A DNA stretch of 64,000 bases from Kiritimatiellia bacterium (GCA_040767085.1 JAXGPF010000010.1:64001-128000), one strand, 5' to 3'; positions 19,048 to 29,141 are shown, numbered from the stretch's first letter. Numbers and translations: made by a program. The notes: a model not told the origin generated them from the letters alone.

Positions 19048-20789
19048 TTGCTTTTCCCCGATTTGGCCTGGGCCGGCGCGCCGTGGTAGAGGTAATGGCT
19101 GGCGGCCTCCAGGCTGCCGCGCAGGAGCGAATAGGCGACGACGACGGTGTCCATTTCCTTCGGCACCACCAGTTCTTCGTAAGGGTTGTTGCTGATCATG
19201 ACCACCGGCTTGCCGTACCGCAGCAAACCGGTCAGGAATTGCCGGGTATCGTCATGGCTGTTGCGGTCGTACCAGGCCGTCACTACCAGGACGTCCATCG
19301 CGGGGGCGAGTTGTTCAATCAAGCCGTTGGCTGTCTGGACGGTTTTGGGCTGGTAGTCCAGGTAAGTCACGTTGGCCGAATGCCGCCGCAGGCACTCCCA
19401 GAAAACGCCGGGATAATTCCAATAGTCGTTGGCGTTCGTGGAGTTTGAAGAGGGGCGGTCGATCACCAGAATCTGCTGTTCCGGCCGCAGCGGCAGGATT
19501 TTGGCGCGGTCGCGCAGCAGGTGGATGGCGCGCCGGGCGGCTTCCCGTCCCACGCCCTGGTAGTCTTCATGGAAGAGATGCTCGTTGAGTCCTTCCACCC
19601 GCGCCAGGCCGCCGTTGTTGAAAAGACCGTAATCCCACTTGAGCGACCAGATGCGGCGCAGGGATTGATTGACGCGTTCCTCGGAGATGCGCCCTCTTCG
19701 GATTGCTTCGGCCAGCGCGGCATGCGCTTCGTAGCGCAGGGAGTTATCGTCCTTGAGCAGCACGATATCCACACCCGCTTCGATGGCCTTGACCACCGCT
19801 TCGCCGACGGTATAACGCGCCATCAACCCGCCCATGGTCATGGAGTCGGTGGTGATGACGCCGTCAAATCCGAATTCCTCGCGCAGGATGCCGGTGATGA
19901 TCGGGCGGGAGACGGTCGAAATCTCGCCCGAGGAATCCAGCATGGGGTAAATGGAATGCCCGGGCATGACGGCCGGGACGATCCCCTCGGCGCATAATCT
20001 GGCATAGGGCGCCAGGTGCCGGCGGTAAAATTCCGCGCGGTCCATCTTGATGGCGGACAGGCCATGGTGGCTGTCGTTGGCGGATTCACCCCGGCCGGGA
20101 TAGTGCTTCAGTGTGGCGATGATGCCGGCCTCGGCGAAGCCCTGCAGGGCCGCGCGGGCGGACTCGATCACGACTTCCGTGTCGGCGGAGTAGGAGCGCG
20201 TGCTGATTTCAGGATTGCGGGGGTTGGTGTTGACGTCCACCACCGGGGAATGCACCTGGTCCACGCCCATGGCCTTCAATTGCCGGCCGGCGGCCCGCAA
20301 GGCGCGCCGGATCAGGTCCGGATCGTCCAGGCGGCCGAAGCCCATGGGGGCGGGCAGGGTCAGCAGACCGGGGGGCAGGTAATTCGAGCCTTCGCCGCTT
20401 TCGTAATCAATCACCATGTGCAGCGGAATGGCGTGGCGGCGCTCCATGGCCAACCGGCGCAGGCCGTTGAGCACGCCGGCGTATTCCGCCGCGCGGAAAC
20501 TGGGCGGCTTGACGCCGTCGTTCCAGAGTTTTTCGCCGGGCCGCGGGGGCCGGAGCACATTTTCCACGCCCGGGGCGCCGTCCGGCAGATAGCGGATGAA
20601 TTTGCGGATGTAGGGCGAAATCCGCAGGCCGCCGATATTATACCTGGCAACGAATGTTTCCGTTTCCGGATCCGCAATCGTGCCGTTAAATCCCAGCACC
20701 ATCAATTGCCCGGCTTTTTCCTCGGGCGTCAAGGCGCCCAGCAGGCTGTCGATGGTCTTTTGCTTTTGCTCTTTCTGCGATGCGTTCAT
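19044..20789 (-). CDS. GH3 beta-N-acetylhexosaminidase (NagZ-type, two-domain, no signal peptide)
   Basis: EEKAGQL, SPVVDV, RSYS, KHYPGRG....DSH, TDSM motifs; RBS GGAGG 9 nt upstream of ATG 20789. Confidence 0.88.
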   Translation of the reverse strand: MNASQKEQKQKTIDSLLGALTPEEKAGQLMVLGFNGTIADPETETFVARYNIGGLRISPYIRKFIRYLPDGAPGVENVLRPPRPGEKLWNDGVKPPSFRAAEYAGVLNGLRRLAMERRHAIPLHMVIDYESGEGSNYLPPGLLTLPAPMGFGRLDDPDLIRRALRAAGRQLKAMGVDQVHSPVVDVNTNPRNPEISTRSYSADTEVVIESARAALQGFAEAGIIATLKHYPGRGESANDSHHGLSAIKMDRAEFYRRHLAPYARLCAEGIVPAVMPGHSIYPMLDSSGEISTVSRPIITGILREEFGFDGVITTDSMTMGGLMARYTVGEAVVKAIEAGVDIVLLKDDNSLRYEAHAALAEAIRRGRISEERVNQSLRRIWSLKWDYGLFNNGGLARVEGLNEHLFHEDYQGVGREAARRAIHLLRDRAKILPLRPEQQILVIDRPSSNSTNANDYWNYPGVFWECLRRHSANVTYLDYQPKTVQTANGLIEQLAPAMDVLVVTAWYDRNSHDDTRQFLTGLLRYGKPVVMISNNPYEELVVPKEMDTVVVAYSLLRGSLEAASHYLYHGAPAQAKSGKSK

Positions 20790-20861
20790 GATCATACGCC
20801 TCCCAATAGGCAAAACAGTCCAGGCGCGTGCCCGCGCCAATGCTTCACAAACAGGCCCTTC

Positions 20862-20889
20862 AGCATACCGCCTGTCACCGTCAAGTCAA
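20862..20889 (-). promoter_or_regulatory. Candidate sigma70 promoter for the GH3-HAD operon
   Basis: Minus strand TTGACT (20889-20884), N16, TATGCT (20867-20862). Confidence 0.5.
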
Positions 20890-20905
20890 GCCAAATACCG
20901 GCTGC

Positions 20906-22358
20906 TGTCGTGGAGTTTTCAAAAGCGGAATTATTGGAGCGAGCAAAAGCGGAAAAGAAACGCATACAATCAGTCTGGTTAGTGAGGCCGGTTGGTGAAC
21001 AGAACGACGGGGCGTTTGAGCTTGTCTGGCCGCTCCTTGATGATCGAGACGGTTCCGTCCAGATGTTCACATACAATGGCCCTGGTGCCAAGGCTACCCC
21101 GAGTAGGGAAAGAGCCTTGTCGGAATTGGACGCGACCGCCCACGGCGATCGTGACGGGATGCCATAGAGACCAGACGTAGTTCCACCAAGGGTCCTTGGG
21201 GACGGGGCGCAGCTTGTTTCGACCCTGTGCGATGGCATTGTCCCAAGCCGTCTGTGGCGTCATGCCCAGTTCACGATGGCGCTCACGCCGGTTCCGATGA
21301 TCACGCAGCGCGTAAATGTGCCGGTTTACCTCTTCTAATTCGGAAGATGTGGACAGACCGTTATGGGCAAAGTATGGCGGCAACCGATCTTGCCAGACTT
21401 GGTGGATCCGTTCGACCTTGCCCTTTGCTTCAGGGGTATTGGCAACGATGAACGACACGTCGTAGAACATCAGGCGTTGCTCGATGCAGGTCACGTTGTC
21501 TTCCTTGTGCGCCGTGAATATCCCTGCTTGATCTACATAGATTTGCAGAGGCAACCCATGCTCCATGAATGCGTTGTGCAAGAAATGCAGGTAGGCGGGT
21601 ATATTCTCGCGGCGGTAGATGGCACATCCCACTTGCATACGACTGCAGTCGTCGAGCATGTCCAGCAGTGGATAAGCCGGCTCCTCACGGCCAAACCAAT
21701 GATCCGGGGTGGCATCCATCTGCCAAAGTTCACCAACGGCTTGGCGTTGCCAGCGCCTCAGGTGAACAGGAAGACGAGGTGGTTTTGGGGTCGGGCAAAT
21801 TCCTTCGCGTATCGCCCAATGACGGACTTGGGAGCGAGCCAGTGTAATGCCGTATTGACGATCCACCTCGCTGGCCGCAAATGCATAGTTGTAACCATTG
21901 CGGATGGCGGCCTTCAGGAAACTCACAACGTTTTCATCCCATGGCGCCGCATGATTGCCACCGGATATGCCTGGCCGCCAAACAGCATCTTTGCCCGCTG
22001 CGCGTGCCTTTAGATAGCTACTACGCAACTCGTAGAGCCTGGTCTTGCCCATCCCCAAGGATTCACAAGCCTGCTCGATGGTCATCGTTCCTTCACACAC
22101 CTGCTTGAGCACGTCATGAACATGTGCCAAGCCCAACCGGGATCCTATTTGTTTTTTCATGCGGTCATTATAGACCGCATTCCGCTTTTGCTCGCTCCAC
22201 GGGCGCGCGCCCCCTAGGGGGCGTCACATCCTTGCCCCTCTCCTTCGCAACCATATCCGTACCAGCACCTTCCACTCCTCTTATTCCCGATCCCAGCCTT
22301 TCCACTCCCTTTCCGCTTTTGCTCGCTCCAGCATTCCGCTTTTGCTTTTCCCCCGACA
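20906..22358 (-). mobile_element. Insertion sequence, IS1202/IS481-like (1453 bp), with 16-bp target-site duplication
   Basis: Ends TGTCG...CGACA; direct repeat GCCAAATACCGGCTGC at 20890-20905 and 22359-22374; 20-mer TGGAGCGAGCAAAAGCGGAA at 20935-20954 with inverted copies at 22180-22199 and 22311-22330. Confidence 0.88.
20979..22160 (-). CDS. DDE transposase (rve integrase core with N-terminal HTH)
   Basis: GELWQMDAT, LDDCSR, IYVDQ, PEAKGKVER, QDRL motifs. Confidence 0.92.
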   Translation of the reverse strand: MKKQIGSRLGLAHVHDVLKQVCEGTMTIEQACESLGMGKTRLYELRSSYLKARAAGKDAVWRPGISGGNHAAPWDENVVSFLKAAIRNGYNYAFAASEVDRQYGITLARSQVRHWAIREGICPTPKPPRLPVHLRRWQRQAVGELWQMDATPDHWFGREEPAYPLLDMLDDCSRMQVGCAIYRRENIPAYLHFLHNAFMEHGLPLQIYVDQAGIFTAHKEDNVTCIEQRLMFYDVSFIVANTPEAKGKVERIHQVWQDRLPPYFAHNGLSTSSELEEVNRHIYALRDHRNRRERHRELGMTPQTAWDNAIAQGRNKLRPVPKDPWWNYVWSLWHPVTIAVGGRVQFRQGSFPTRGSLGTRAIVCEHLDGTVSIIKERPDKLKRPVVLFTNRPH

Positions 22359-22599
22359 GCCAAATACCGGCTGCTGGAGTTTCAGTCATGAAAATTCAAA
22401 TATCGTCAGGACTTATAGCATAACATAAGTGTTCTAATAATTATCATGTTATATATTGAACAGTAATGAGATAAGTTAAGATTGTAAAATATATTATAAA
22501 AATTAGTTTGCAAAATATTATAATTGAATCTACACTCTTATACATAGTTTAATTGGAAAGCGTAAGAGCAGGTTTCAACGTGAGCGGGAAATTCTTTTC

Positions 22600-23679
22600 A
22601 TGAACTCTGATCGCAAGCGGAATGCCCCGAAATACCAGCAGGTGGCCGATGAAATCATGCGGCAGGTGGCGGCGCATGGCGCGGAGCCTGGCGGGTATTT
22701 GCCGACCGAGATGGTTTGGGCGAAGAAATTTAACGTGAACCGTTTGACGGTGCGCCGCGCTTTGTCTTGTCTGGAGCGCGAAAAGCTTATCTCGCCTGTC
22801 ATTGCCAAGCGCCGGCGGTTTATCGGAACCCCAAAAATGCCGGCGACCTTGATTGGTTGCCTGGGATATGGCGCAGCGGCGGAGGAGTCCTTTGGCAACC
22901 TGGTGCATACGCGCATCTTCGAGCAGATGGTGCCGGTCTTTCAGGCGGAGAACATGTATCTGCTGAAATTCGTGATGCCGCCGGGAGCCGTTCAAATGCC
23001 GGATCCGATCCGGACGAGCATGATCCGGGGACTATTGGCTTTCCGCCCTTTGCCGGACGAGTGGGTTCAGGATTTGCATGTTCCGGTTTTAACGATCGGC
23101 GACAGTTCCAAGCAACCGCCAGACAAGCCGGTCCTGGCTTTTGACGGGATTGGCGTGGCGATGGACGCCATGCATTATCTCGCGGCCCGGGGGCACCGGC
23201 GCGTGGCCCTGGCTCTGCCCGACACGGCCCATCGCTTCCCGCATTATGACGACATTGTATCGGGGTATTTGCGCGGAATCCATCAATGCCGGCTGGGCGC
23301 GCCGGCATATTGGGACTTGTCCGTCTCCGGCGAAACCCATCCCGATCAAATGGCGGCCGCGGCGCGCCGGCTGTTCGCGGACGCGCCGGATGCCGATGCG
23401 CTTTTCCTGGCGACCAGCGATTTTGCCCCGAGCGTGATGGCCGCGTTGCGCGCGATCGGGAAGCGGGTGCCGGAGCAGCTTTCCGTGGTGACCACCGGCG
23501 GCGTCGATCCGGAAGTGCCGGGAACGGCCTTGGCCCGGTTTGCCAACGATTATCCGGCGATCGCGCGCTGCGTCTGCGAGTACGTCCTGGAATTACTGTC
23601 GGGGCGGATGCGCCACATCAAAAAGGTTGTGGCCAGGCATTATCGCCTGCGAGAGGGGATTTCGGTGGCGGCGCGGTAG
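22600..23679 (+). CDS. GntR-HTH / LacI-type sensor-domain transcriptional regulator
   Basis: PKYQQVADEI..LPTE....FNVNRLTVRRAL; YLAARGHRRVA, G.RVPEQLSVV. Confidence 0.88.
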   Translation: MNSDRKRNAPKYQQVADEIMRQVAAHGAEPGGYLPTEMVWAKKFNVNRLTVRRALSCLEREKLISPVIAKRRRFIGTPKMPATLIGCLGYGAAAEESFGNLVHTRIFEQMVPVFQAENMYLLKFVMPPGAVQMPDPIRTSMIRGLLAFRPLPDEWVQDLHVPVLTIGDSSKQPPDKPVLAFDGIGVAMDAMHYLAARGHRRVALALPDTAHRFPHYDDIVSGYLRGIHQCRLGAPAYWDLSVSGETHPDQMAAAARRLFADAPDADALFLATSDFAPSVMAALRAIGKRVPEQLSVVTTGGVDPEVPGTALARFANDYPAIARCVCEYVLELLSGRMRHIKKVVARHYRLREGISVAAR

Positions 23680-23760
23680 CCGCACCTTCGTGCAACTAAC
23701 TGAATCATGCGCTGCGCAAGTATGGCGCGGGGCCAGACGGCAAGGGTGGGGGATAATCCA

Positions 23761-26442
23761 ATGAGCGATGCGCTGACGGTATTTTTGAAATGGGCCAGGG
23801 GGCCGGTGGCCGGCGAGATCGCCGTGACGCATGGCACGCTGGCGGAGGTCCGGATCGCGGCGGGCGAAGGCGCGGTTGACGGGCCGCGCTTTGATGTCAG
23901 GGCCACCGGCGAATGTGCCGTGGCGGTGACCTGCCGGGATGTCCGCGTGCTGCCGGGCGGCAAGGCGACGCGCGTGAGCGTCGCCGCCGCCGAAAAGCGA
24001 TTCACCTTCTTCCTCCGGGATGTCGCGGCGGCTTATCCCGTCTGGCTGCCGGCGCCGGGTGTGGTTGTGACGGCCGCGGATGACGGGCGGACGTATGGCG
24101 AGATTTGCGCGGCTATCCAGGCGCGCGGGTTGTTGAATGGGCGGCAGGCCCTGGAGCGGGCGCCGGAGGCGAGATTTGAAAATATCGGCGATGATGTGCG
24201 CCGTCCGGTGAATGAAACCTGGCTGGGATTGAGCCGCGACATGCGGATTTTCCGGGTGAACGCGAATTACGCCGCCGGCTGCTGGGGCGAGGTGCATCCT
24301 TTCATCGCCAGCCACGAGTTGCCGGTGTCGGAAAAACAGTTCCCCGGGTATTTCCCGGCGCCCCGCGAGCTGGCGACATTGAAATATCGTTTTTGGATCG
24401 GGCGCGGTTCTAATTGCGCGGTGAAAATCGTCCGGCGCTTGAGCGAGGGCTGCCTGCCCATCCTGCACGGCACGCAGTTTGACGGCGACATCCAGTATGA
24501 GGTCACCATGTTCGCGGCGCCCGCCGAACAACCCCTGACGGCGGCGGCGCTGGAGGGCACCCCTTGCCTGGTGGCGGATTACCATGCCGGGGTGCATGTG
24601 TTTACGCCGGAGCAGCATGCCGAATACGAACGCGAAGCGGGACCGGAAGAGCGGCGTTGTCAAAAGCATCCGCTGTTGCTGTTCACCCGCGTGCGCGCGT
24701 TCAATACGGCGGCCGTGCCGCGTTATGCCTGGTTCAAGACCGTGGGCATTGTCTGGAAATACAAGGTTAACGCGAAATTTCCGGTGCGCCATACGGAAAA
24801 CGGGTTCAGCGTGTTCACGGCGGACGAGGAAGACTGGGTATTCGGCATCCACCGCGTCAACGGCCGGCCGATGGCCGAGCCGGAGCAGGCGGTGCTGGTC
24901 AGGCCGGGGGAGGCGGCGGAGTTTGAAATGTTGATTCCGCACCGGCCCCTGCCGCTGGCGCGCGCGGAACGCTTGCACGCCGGCGATTTCACGGTCCGTG
25001 AAAACGAATGCCGCGTCTTCTGGCGCGAAAAACTGGCGCAGGCCGCCATCCTGGAAATTCCCGAAAAACGCATACATGCGATGGTCAAGGCCGGCTTGTT
25101 GCATCTGGATTTGATCGCCTATGGCCGGGAGCCCGACGGTCCGGTGGCGCCCGCGATCGGCCCCTTTGCGCCCCTGGCGTTTGAAAGCGTGCCGATCCTG
25201 CTGGCCTTTGACCGTTTTCACCGGCATGATCTCACCCGGCGAGCCTTGGAATATTACTTGTTCAAGAAACAGCAGGCGAACGGGCGCATGCATAACTATG
25301 CGCAATCCATGGGGGAGACCGGACCGATCTTGTACGGCCTGGGCGAGCATTACCGGATGACCGGCGACCGGGATTGGTTCGAACGCGCGGCGCCCCGCGC
25401 CATCAAGGCTTGCGACTACCTGATCGGACTGCGCCGGGCGAATCAGCGCGAGGAGTGCCGCGGCAAAAATTACGGCCTGTATTCCGGGGGCGTGTGCGAC
25501 AATACCAATCCGGACTGCATGTTTGTGAACAATGGTTATGCCTGCCTGGGCCTGGCGCGCACGGCCGAATGGCTGCCGGCGTTCAATCCCGGCAAGGCCG
25601 CGGAACTGGCGGCGGAGGCCGCGGCCTGGCGCGCCGATATCCGGACGGCCTTGGCGGACGCCCTGGCGCGGTCGCCCGCGGTGCCGCTGGGCGATGGCGC
25701 CTGGTGTTCCAGCGTGCCGCCCGTCGCCGAGGGGGTGGGTAATTATCATCTGTTCTGCGACGGCCAGCCGCGTTTTTCGCACGGCGTCATGCACTCGGAT
25801 GATGTGCTGGGCGGGCCGATCTGGCTGGCCTTTCACGAAGTCCTGGACCCGCGCGAGCGCGAGTTTGCGGATATCCTTTTGTACCAGACCGAATTATTCA
25901 TGAAAAATAATGTCGCCATGTCGCAACCTTATGTCAGCCGGCATGATTACGCCCATTTGCTGCGCGACGAGGTCAAGGCCTTCCTGATGTATTATTACAA
26001 CGGCCTGGCCTCCCAGTGCGACCGCGAGACCTATACTTGGAACGAACATTGCCATGGCGGCGGCACGCACAAAACGGAGGAGGAAGCCTGGTTTATGATG
26101 CAGACCCGCTGGATGCTGCTGATGGAGGAAGGCCGGACCCTGCACCTGCTGCGTGCGGTCCCGCGGGCGTGGCTGGCGGGCGGCCAACGGGTAGGATTGA
26201 ACCGGATGCCGTCCTATTTCGGCGATGTTTCCCTGACGGTGGAGGTCTCTCCCGACGGCGATGTGTTTGACGCCCGCTACGCGATTGACGGCGGGAGGAT
26301 GCCGGACCGGATCCGGCTGCGTCTGCCGCATCCGCGCGGGCGTTATCCCGGCAGGGTGGCAGGGGGCGTTTATGACCGTGAGCGCGAATGCGTGCTGATC
26401 GAAAAACCGCCCCGTGAAGGCGCGGTGCGCGCGGAGTTTTAG
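23761..26442 (+). CDS. Hypothetical glycoside hydrolase-like protein, probable (alpha/alpha)6 domain
   Basis: EHYRMTGDRDW, NGYACLGL, R.MLLMEE..TLHLL..VPRAWL...PSYFG C-terminal pattern resembling six-hairpin glycosidases; no signal peptide. Confidence 0.55.
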   Translation: MSDALTVFLKWARGPVAGEIAVTHGTLAEVRIAAGEGAVDGPRFDVRATGECAVAVTCRDVRVLPGGKATRVSVAAAEKRFTFFLRDVAAAYPVWLPAPGVVVTAADDGRTYGEICAAIQARGLLNGRQALERAPEARFENIGDDVRRPVNETWLGLSRDMRIFRVNANYAAGCWGEVHPFIASHELPVSEKQFPGYFPAPRELATLKYRFWIGRGSNCAVKIVRRLSEGCLPILHGTQFDGDIQYEVTMFAAPAEQPLTAAALEGTPCLVADYHAGVHVFTPEQHAEYEREAGPEERRCQKHPLLLFTRVRAFNTAAVPRYAWFKTVGIVWKYKVNAKFPVRHTENGFSVFTADEEDWVFGIHRVNGRPMAEPEQAVLVRPGEAAEFEMLIPHRPLPLARAERLHAGDFTVRENECRVFWREKLAQAAILEIPEKRIHAMVKAGLLHLDLIAYGREPDGPVAPAIGPFAPLAFESVPILLAFDRFHRHDLTRRALEYYLFKKQQANGRMHNYAQSMGETGPILYGLGEHYRMTGDRDWFERAAPRAIKACDYLIGLRRANQREECRGKNYGLYSGGVCDNTNPDCMFVNNGYACLGLARTAEWLPAFNPGKAAELAAEAAAWRADIRTALADALARSPAVPLGDGAWCSSVPPVAEGVGNYHLFCDGQPRFSHGVMHSDDVLGGPIWLAFHEVLDPREREFADILLYQTELFMKNNVAMSQPYVSRHDYAHLLRDEVKAFLMYYYNGLASQCDRETYTWNEHCHGGGTHKTEEEAWFMMQTRWMLLMEEGRTLHLLRAVPRAWLAGGQRVGLNRMPSYFGDVSLTVEVSPDGDVFDARYAIDGGRMPDRIRLRLPHPRGRYPGRVAGGVYDRERECVLIEKPPREGAVRAEF

Positions 26443-26464
26443 TTGCGGTCCGGAAGCAAGGCAC

Positions 26465-27793
26465 ATGCTGAAACACGAAAAATTGAATGCCGGCTTCGGG
26501 CGCGCGGATATTACGCCGCAGTTGGGTGTGCGCTTGGGCGGGTATGGCGTCAAGGAACGGCCGGCTGAGGAAATCTTTGACCGGTTGCATGCCACCGCCA
26601 TGGTCCTGGGGCAGGCTGGCAGGCTGACGGTGGTGATCAGCCTGGACTGGGGTTGCATCGCGGCCGGCGTGATTGAACGCATCCGCCGCGAAGTGCATCA
26701 GCGCGTTGGCATTCCCGCACCGCATGTGACTGTCTGCGCCACCCATACGCATTCCGCCCCGAATACTTTTGCTTTTCAGGGGTGGGGCGGGGTGGATGAA
26801 GCTTACGTCGCCGCAGTGTTGCCGGAAATTTGCCGGTCAGTCGAAATGGCGCACGCCAATCTGCGGCCGGTACGGGTTGGCTTTGCCGTCACGGAAAGCC
26901 TGGTGGGCGTGAATCGGCGCGGCATCCTGGAAAACGGCGAGGTCCGCTTCATGGCCGATCCCCATGCCGCCTTTGATCCGACCATGACGGTGGCGCATTT
27001 CAAGGATGAATCCGGGGCGGATGCGGGCATCTTGGTGCACTACGGCGCGCATGGCACGGCGATGGGGAGCAACCGCCTGGTTTCACGCGATTGGTGCGGC
27101 GTCATGCAGGACCGGATCGAATCACAATTTACCGCGCCGGTGCTGTTCCTGAATGGGGCGATCGGCGACGTTGGTCCACGCACCAATTTCCGCCATGGCG
27201 CCTGCCTGGCAGCCGGCGAAGGCGACGGCATTGACGCTGTCCGGGAAGTCGGCTATCGCGCCGCCACCGACGCTATGCGCGCCCTCCTTGCCATCCGGGA
27301 ATGGCGTGCCGGGCTTCAACTGGACATTTTGAACGCGCCAATATTTCTGCCGCATGCGCCGTTGAAGCCGCTGGCCGCTGCCGAGCGGGACATGGCGCAA
27401 TGGGCGGAACGGAAAGACGAGTGGGGCGAGCCGATGTGCGAGTATATGTATAATCAGGCCGTGGTGGCCGCGCATGCGCAGCCGGCGCTGGCGGGCCGGC
27501 AGTTTTCACAAACCATCACCGCCATCGGGCCGTTGGTTTTAGCGCCCATGCCCGGCGAGATTTTTTCCGGCATCTCCCTGCGGATTCGCGCCGGAAGTCC
27601 TTTCCAATACACGCTTTGTTGCAGCGTGGCCAATGGTTCGCTGGCATATCTGCCGACCCGTGAGGCGCGCCATCGTGGCGGTTATGAAATCTGGGCCGGC
27701 CGGGCGGTCGGCGCCCATCTCCTGGCGGACAATATTGACGATGTGCTGGTGGCGGAAAATCTCAAGTTGTTGCGGCAAATCAGCGCGGGATAG
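26465..27793 (+). CDS. Neutral/alkaline ceramidase N-terminal-domain family amidohydrolase
   Basis: AGFGRADITP, LGGYG, ATHTHSAP, YGAHGT, FLNGAIGD, PGEIF, YLPT..A...GGYE. Confidence 0.8.
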   Translation: MLKHEKLNAGFGRADITPQLGVRLGGYGVKERPAEEIFDRLHATAMVLGQAGRLTVVISLDWGCIAAGVIERIRREVHQRVGIPAPHVTVCATHTHSAPNTFAFQGWGGVDEAYVAAVLPEICRSVEMAHANLRPVRVGFAVTESLVGVNRRGILENGEVRFMADPHAAFDPTMTVAHFKDESGADAGILVHYGAHGTAMGSNRLVSRDWCGVMQDRIESQFTAPVLFLNGAIGDVGPRTNFRHGACLAAGEGDGIDAVREVGYRAATDAMRALLAIREWRAGLQLDILNAPIFLPHAPLKPLAAAERDMAQWAERKDEWGEPMCEYMYNQAVVAAHAQPALAGRQFSQTITAIGPLVLAPMPGEIFSGISLRIRAGSPFQYTLCCSVANGSLAYLPTREARHRGGYEIWAGRAVGAHLLADNIDDVLVAENLKLLRQISAG

Positions 27794-27842
27794 TCTGATG
27801 TCATCAACTTGCTATCTGGGAATTTGAATCCGGGCTGGAACC

Positions 27843-29141
27843 ATGGAAATAAGTCGCAAGCTGGTTGCGGATTCGGCGGCCATGGCGGCGGACTGGCTGT
27901 CCGGGATTGCCCTGATCCGCAAGCCTGACTCGGCTTTTTACGGCGCGCTCAAAAGCAATTACAGCGCGCAAGACCGGCAGTGGCAATTTTCCGAGCCATT
28001 CTGGCACACGGCCCAGGCGCTCCGGGGCTGGCTGGACTTGGCCGGGGAGCTGGGCTCCCATCAATGGGATGCGCCCATTGAGCAAGCGGCCGGATTTCTG
28101 CGGAACCAGATTATCCACGCGCCGGAACGCTCCCGGATTCATGGCGGGGTCATGCATCTCGCCGGGAAAGTTGACGAGTGTCTTCCCGCCGGCGCTTTGC
28201 ATGCCACCGTCCTGACCAACGGGCTGGAAGGACTGATTGATTATTATGTTGCCAGGCAAGACCCCGCGTCGCTGGCGGCGATCAAGCGCGCGGCGCATTG
28301 GTTGGGCGACGTCATGCTGGATGAAGCCAGCGGGATGGTCTGGTCGTCAATGGACCGGGAGCGTGAAGAATATCTTAAAGCTGAGCTTCACCGGGTTAAC
28401 CGGCTTAACCGGGATAATCCGGAGTTTTTCTACAAACGTCCGGATGCCGAAGGCTCCGCCTTGCTGCTGTGCGGCCGGCTTTTGGACCGGCCCCGGCTGG
28501 CGGACGCCTTCAAGCGGATCTTGGATTTCCTGGTTCAGGATCAAGCGCCGGATGGCATCTGGTGGAACTGGGTCTGTAATGCCGCCAATCCGCCAAGAGC
28601 CCATGGCCGATACAACCTCTGGCTGGCTTTTGCCCTGCTGAACGGGTATGAGGTTTTGGGCGACGAGGCTTACCGCCTGGCGGCCATCCGCACCGCAAGA
28701 TTTTACCGGAAGGCGCAACATCTTGACGGCGGCATCAGTTACCTGACGACGCCCGAGGGCAGAGGCCTGATGTTGTATCCCTGCGGCTCTGCGGTCGCGA
28801 TGTCCGCCCTGCTCTGGCTGAAATTGCTGAGCTATGAATTTGACGGGGATTTTGCCAGGGGTGTGGAATTAAGCTGCGCCTTCCTGACGTCCACTCAATT
28901 TGCCCCGGATTTTGCGGATGAAAACCTGCGCGGCGCTTATTTTGAGTCATACGGCCACGCCCGGTTTGCCGGCATGTCGTACCCGATGGTGCGCGACATT
29001 GCGAGCGTCTTCGGGATACAGCTCATGGCCAAACTGCTTGCCGGCCTGCGGCTCAGCGCGATGGAGACTTTTAACGAATGGATGGCATCCGCGGCCCGCT
29101 GGCCATGGAAAAAGTGGCCGGCGGAGCGGCTGCTGGCGTAA
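27843..29141 (+). CDS. Hypothetical (alpha/alpha)6-barrel protein (GH76/AGE-epimerase-like)
   Basis: Repeated helical motifs AADWL, AAGFL..Q, AAHWL, YEVLGDEAYRLAA..TA.FY; aromatic-rich. Confidence 0.5.
   Translation: MEISRKLVADSAAMAADWLSGIALIRKPDSAFYGALKSNYSAQDRQWQFSEPFWHTAQALRGWLDLAGELGSHQWDAPIEQAAGFLRNQIIHAPERSRIHGGVMHLAGKVDECLPAGALHATVLTNGLEGLIDYYVARQDPASLAAIKRAAHWLGDVMLDEASGMVWSSMDREREEYLKAELHRVNRLNRDNPEFFYKRPDAEGSALLLCGRLLDRPRLADAFKRILDFLVQDQAPDGIWWNWVCNAANPPRAHGRYNLWLAFALLNGYEVLGDEAYRLAAIRTARFYRKAQHLDGGISYLTTPEGRGLMLYPCGSAVAMSALLWLKLLSYEFDGDFARGVELSCAFLTSTQFAPDFADENLRGAYFESYGHARFAGMSYPMVRDIASVFGIQLMAKLLAGLRLSAMETFNEWMASAARWPWKKWPAERLLA

Noticed and set aside
23593-25836. Long antisense ORFs (also 7530-9176, 15034-17076, 31166-32578, 46007-47539, 58001-60004)
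   Set aside because: Shadow frames of well-supported genes in high-GC DNA; no recognisable motifs
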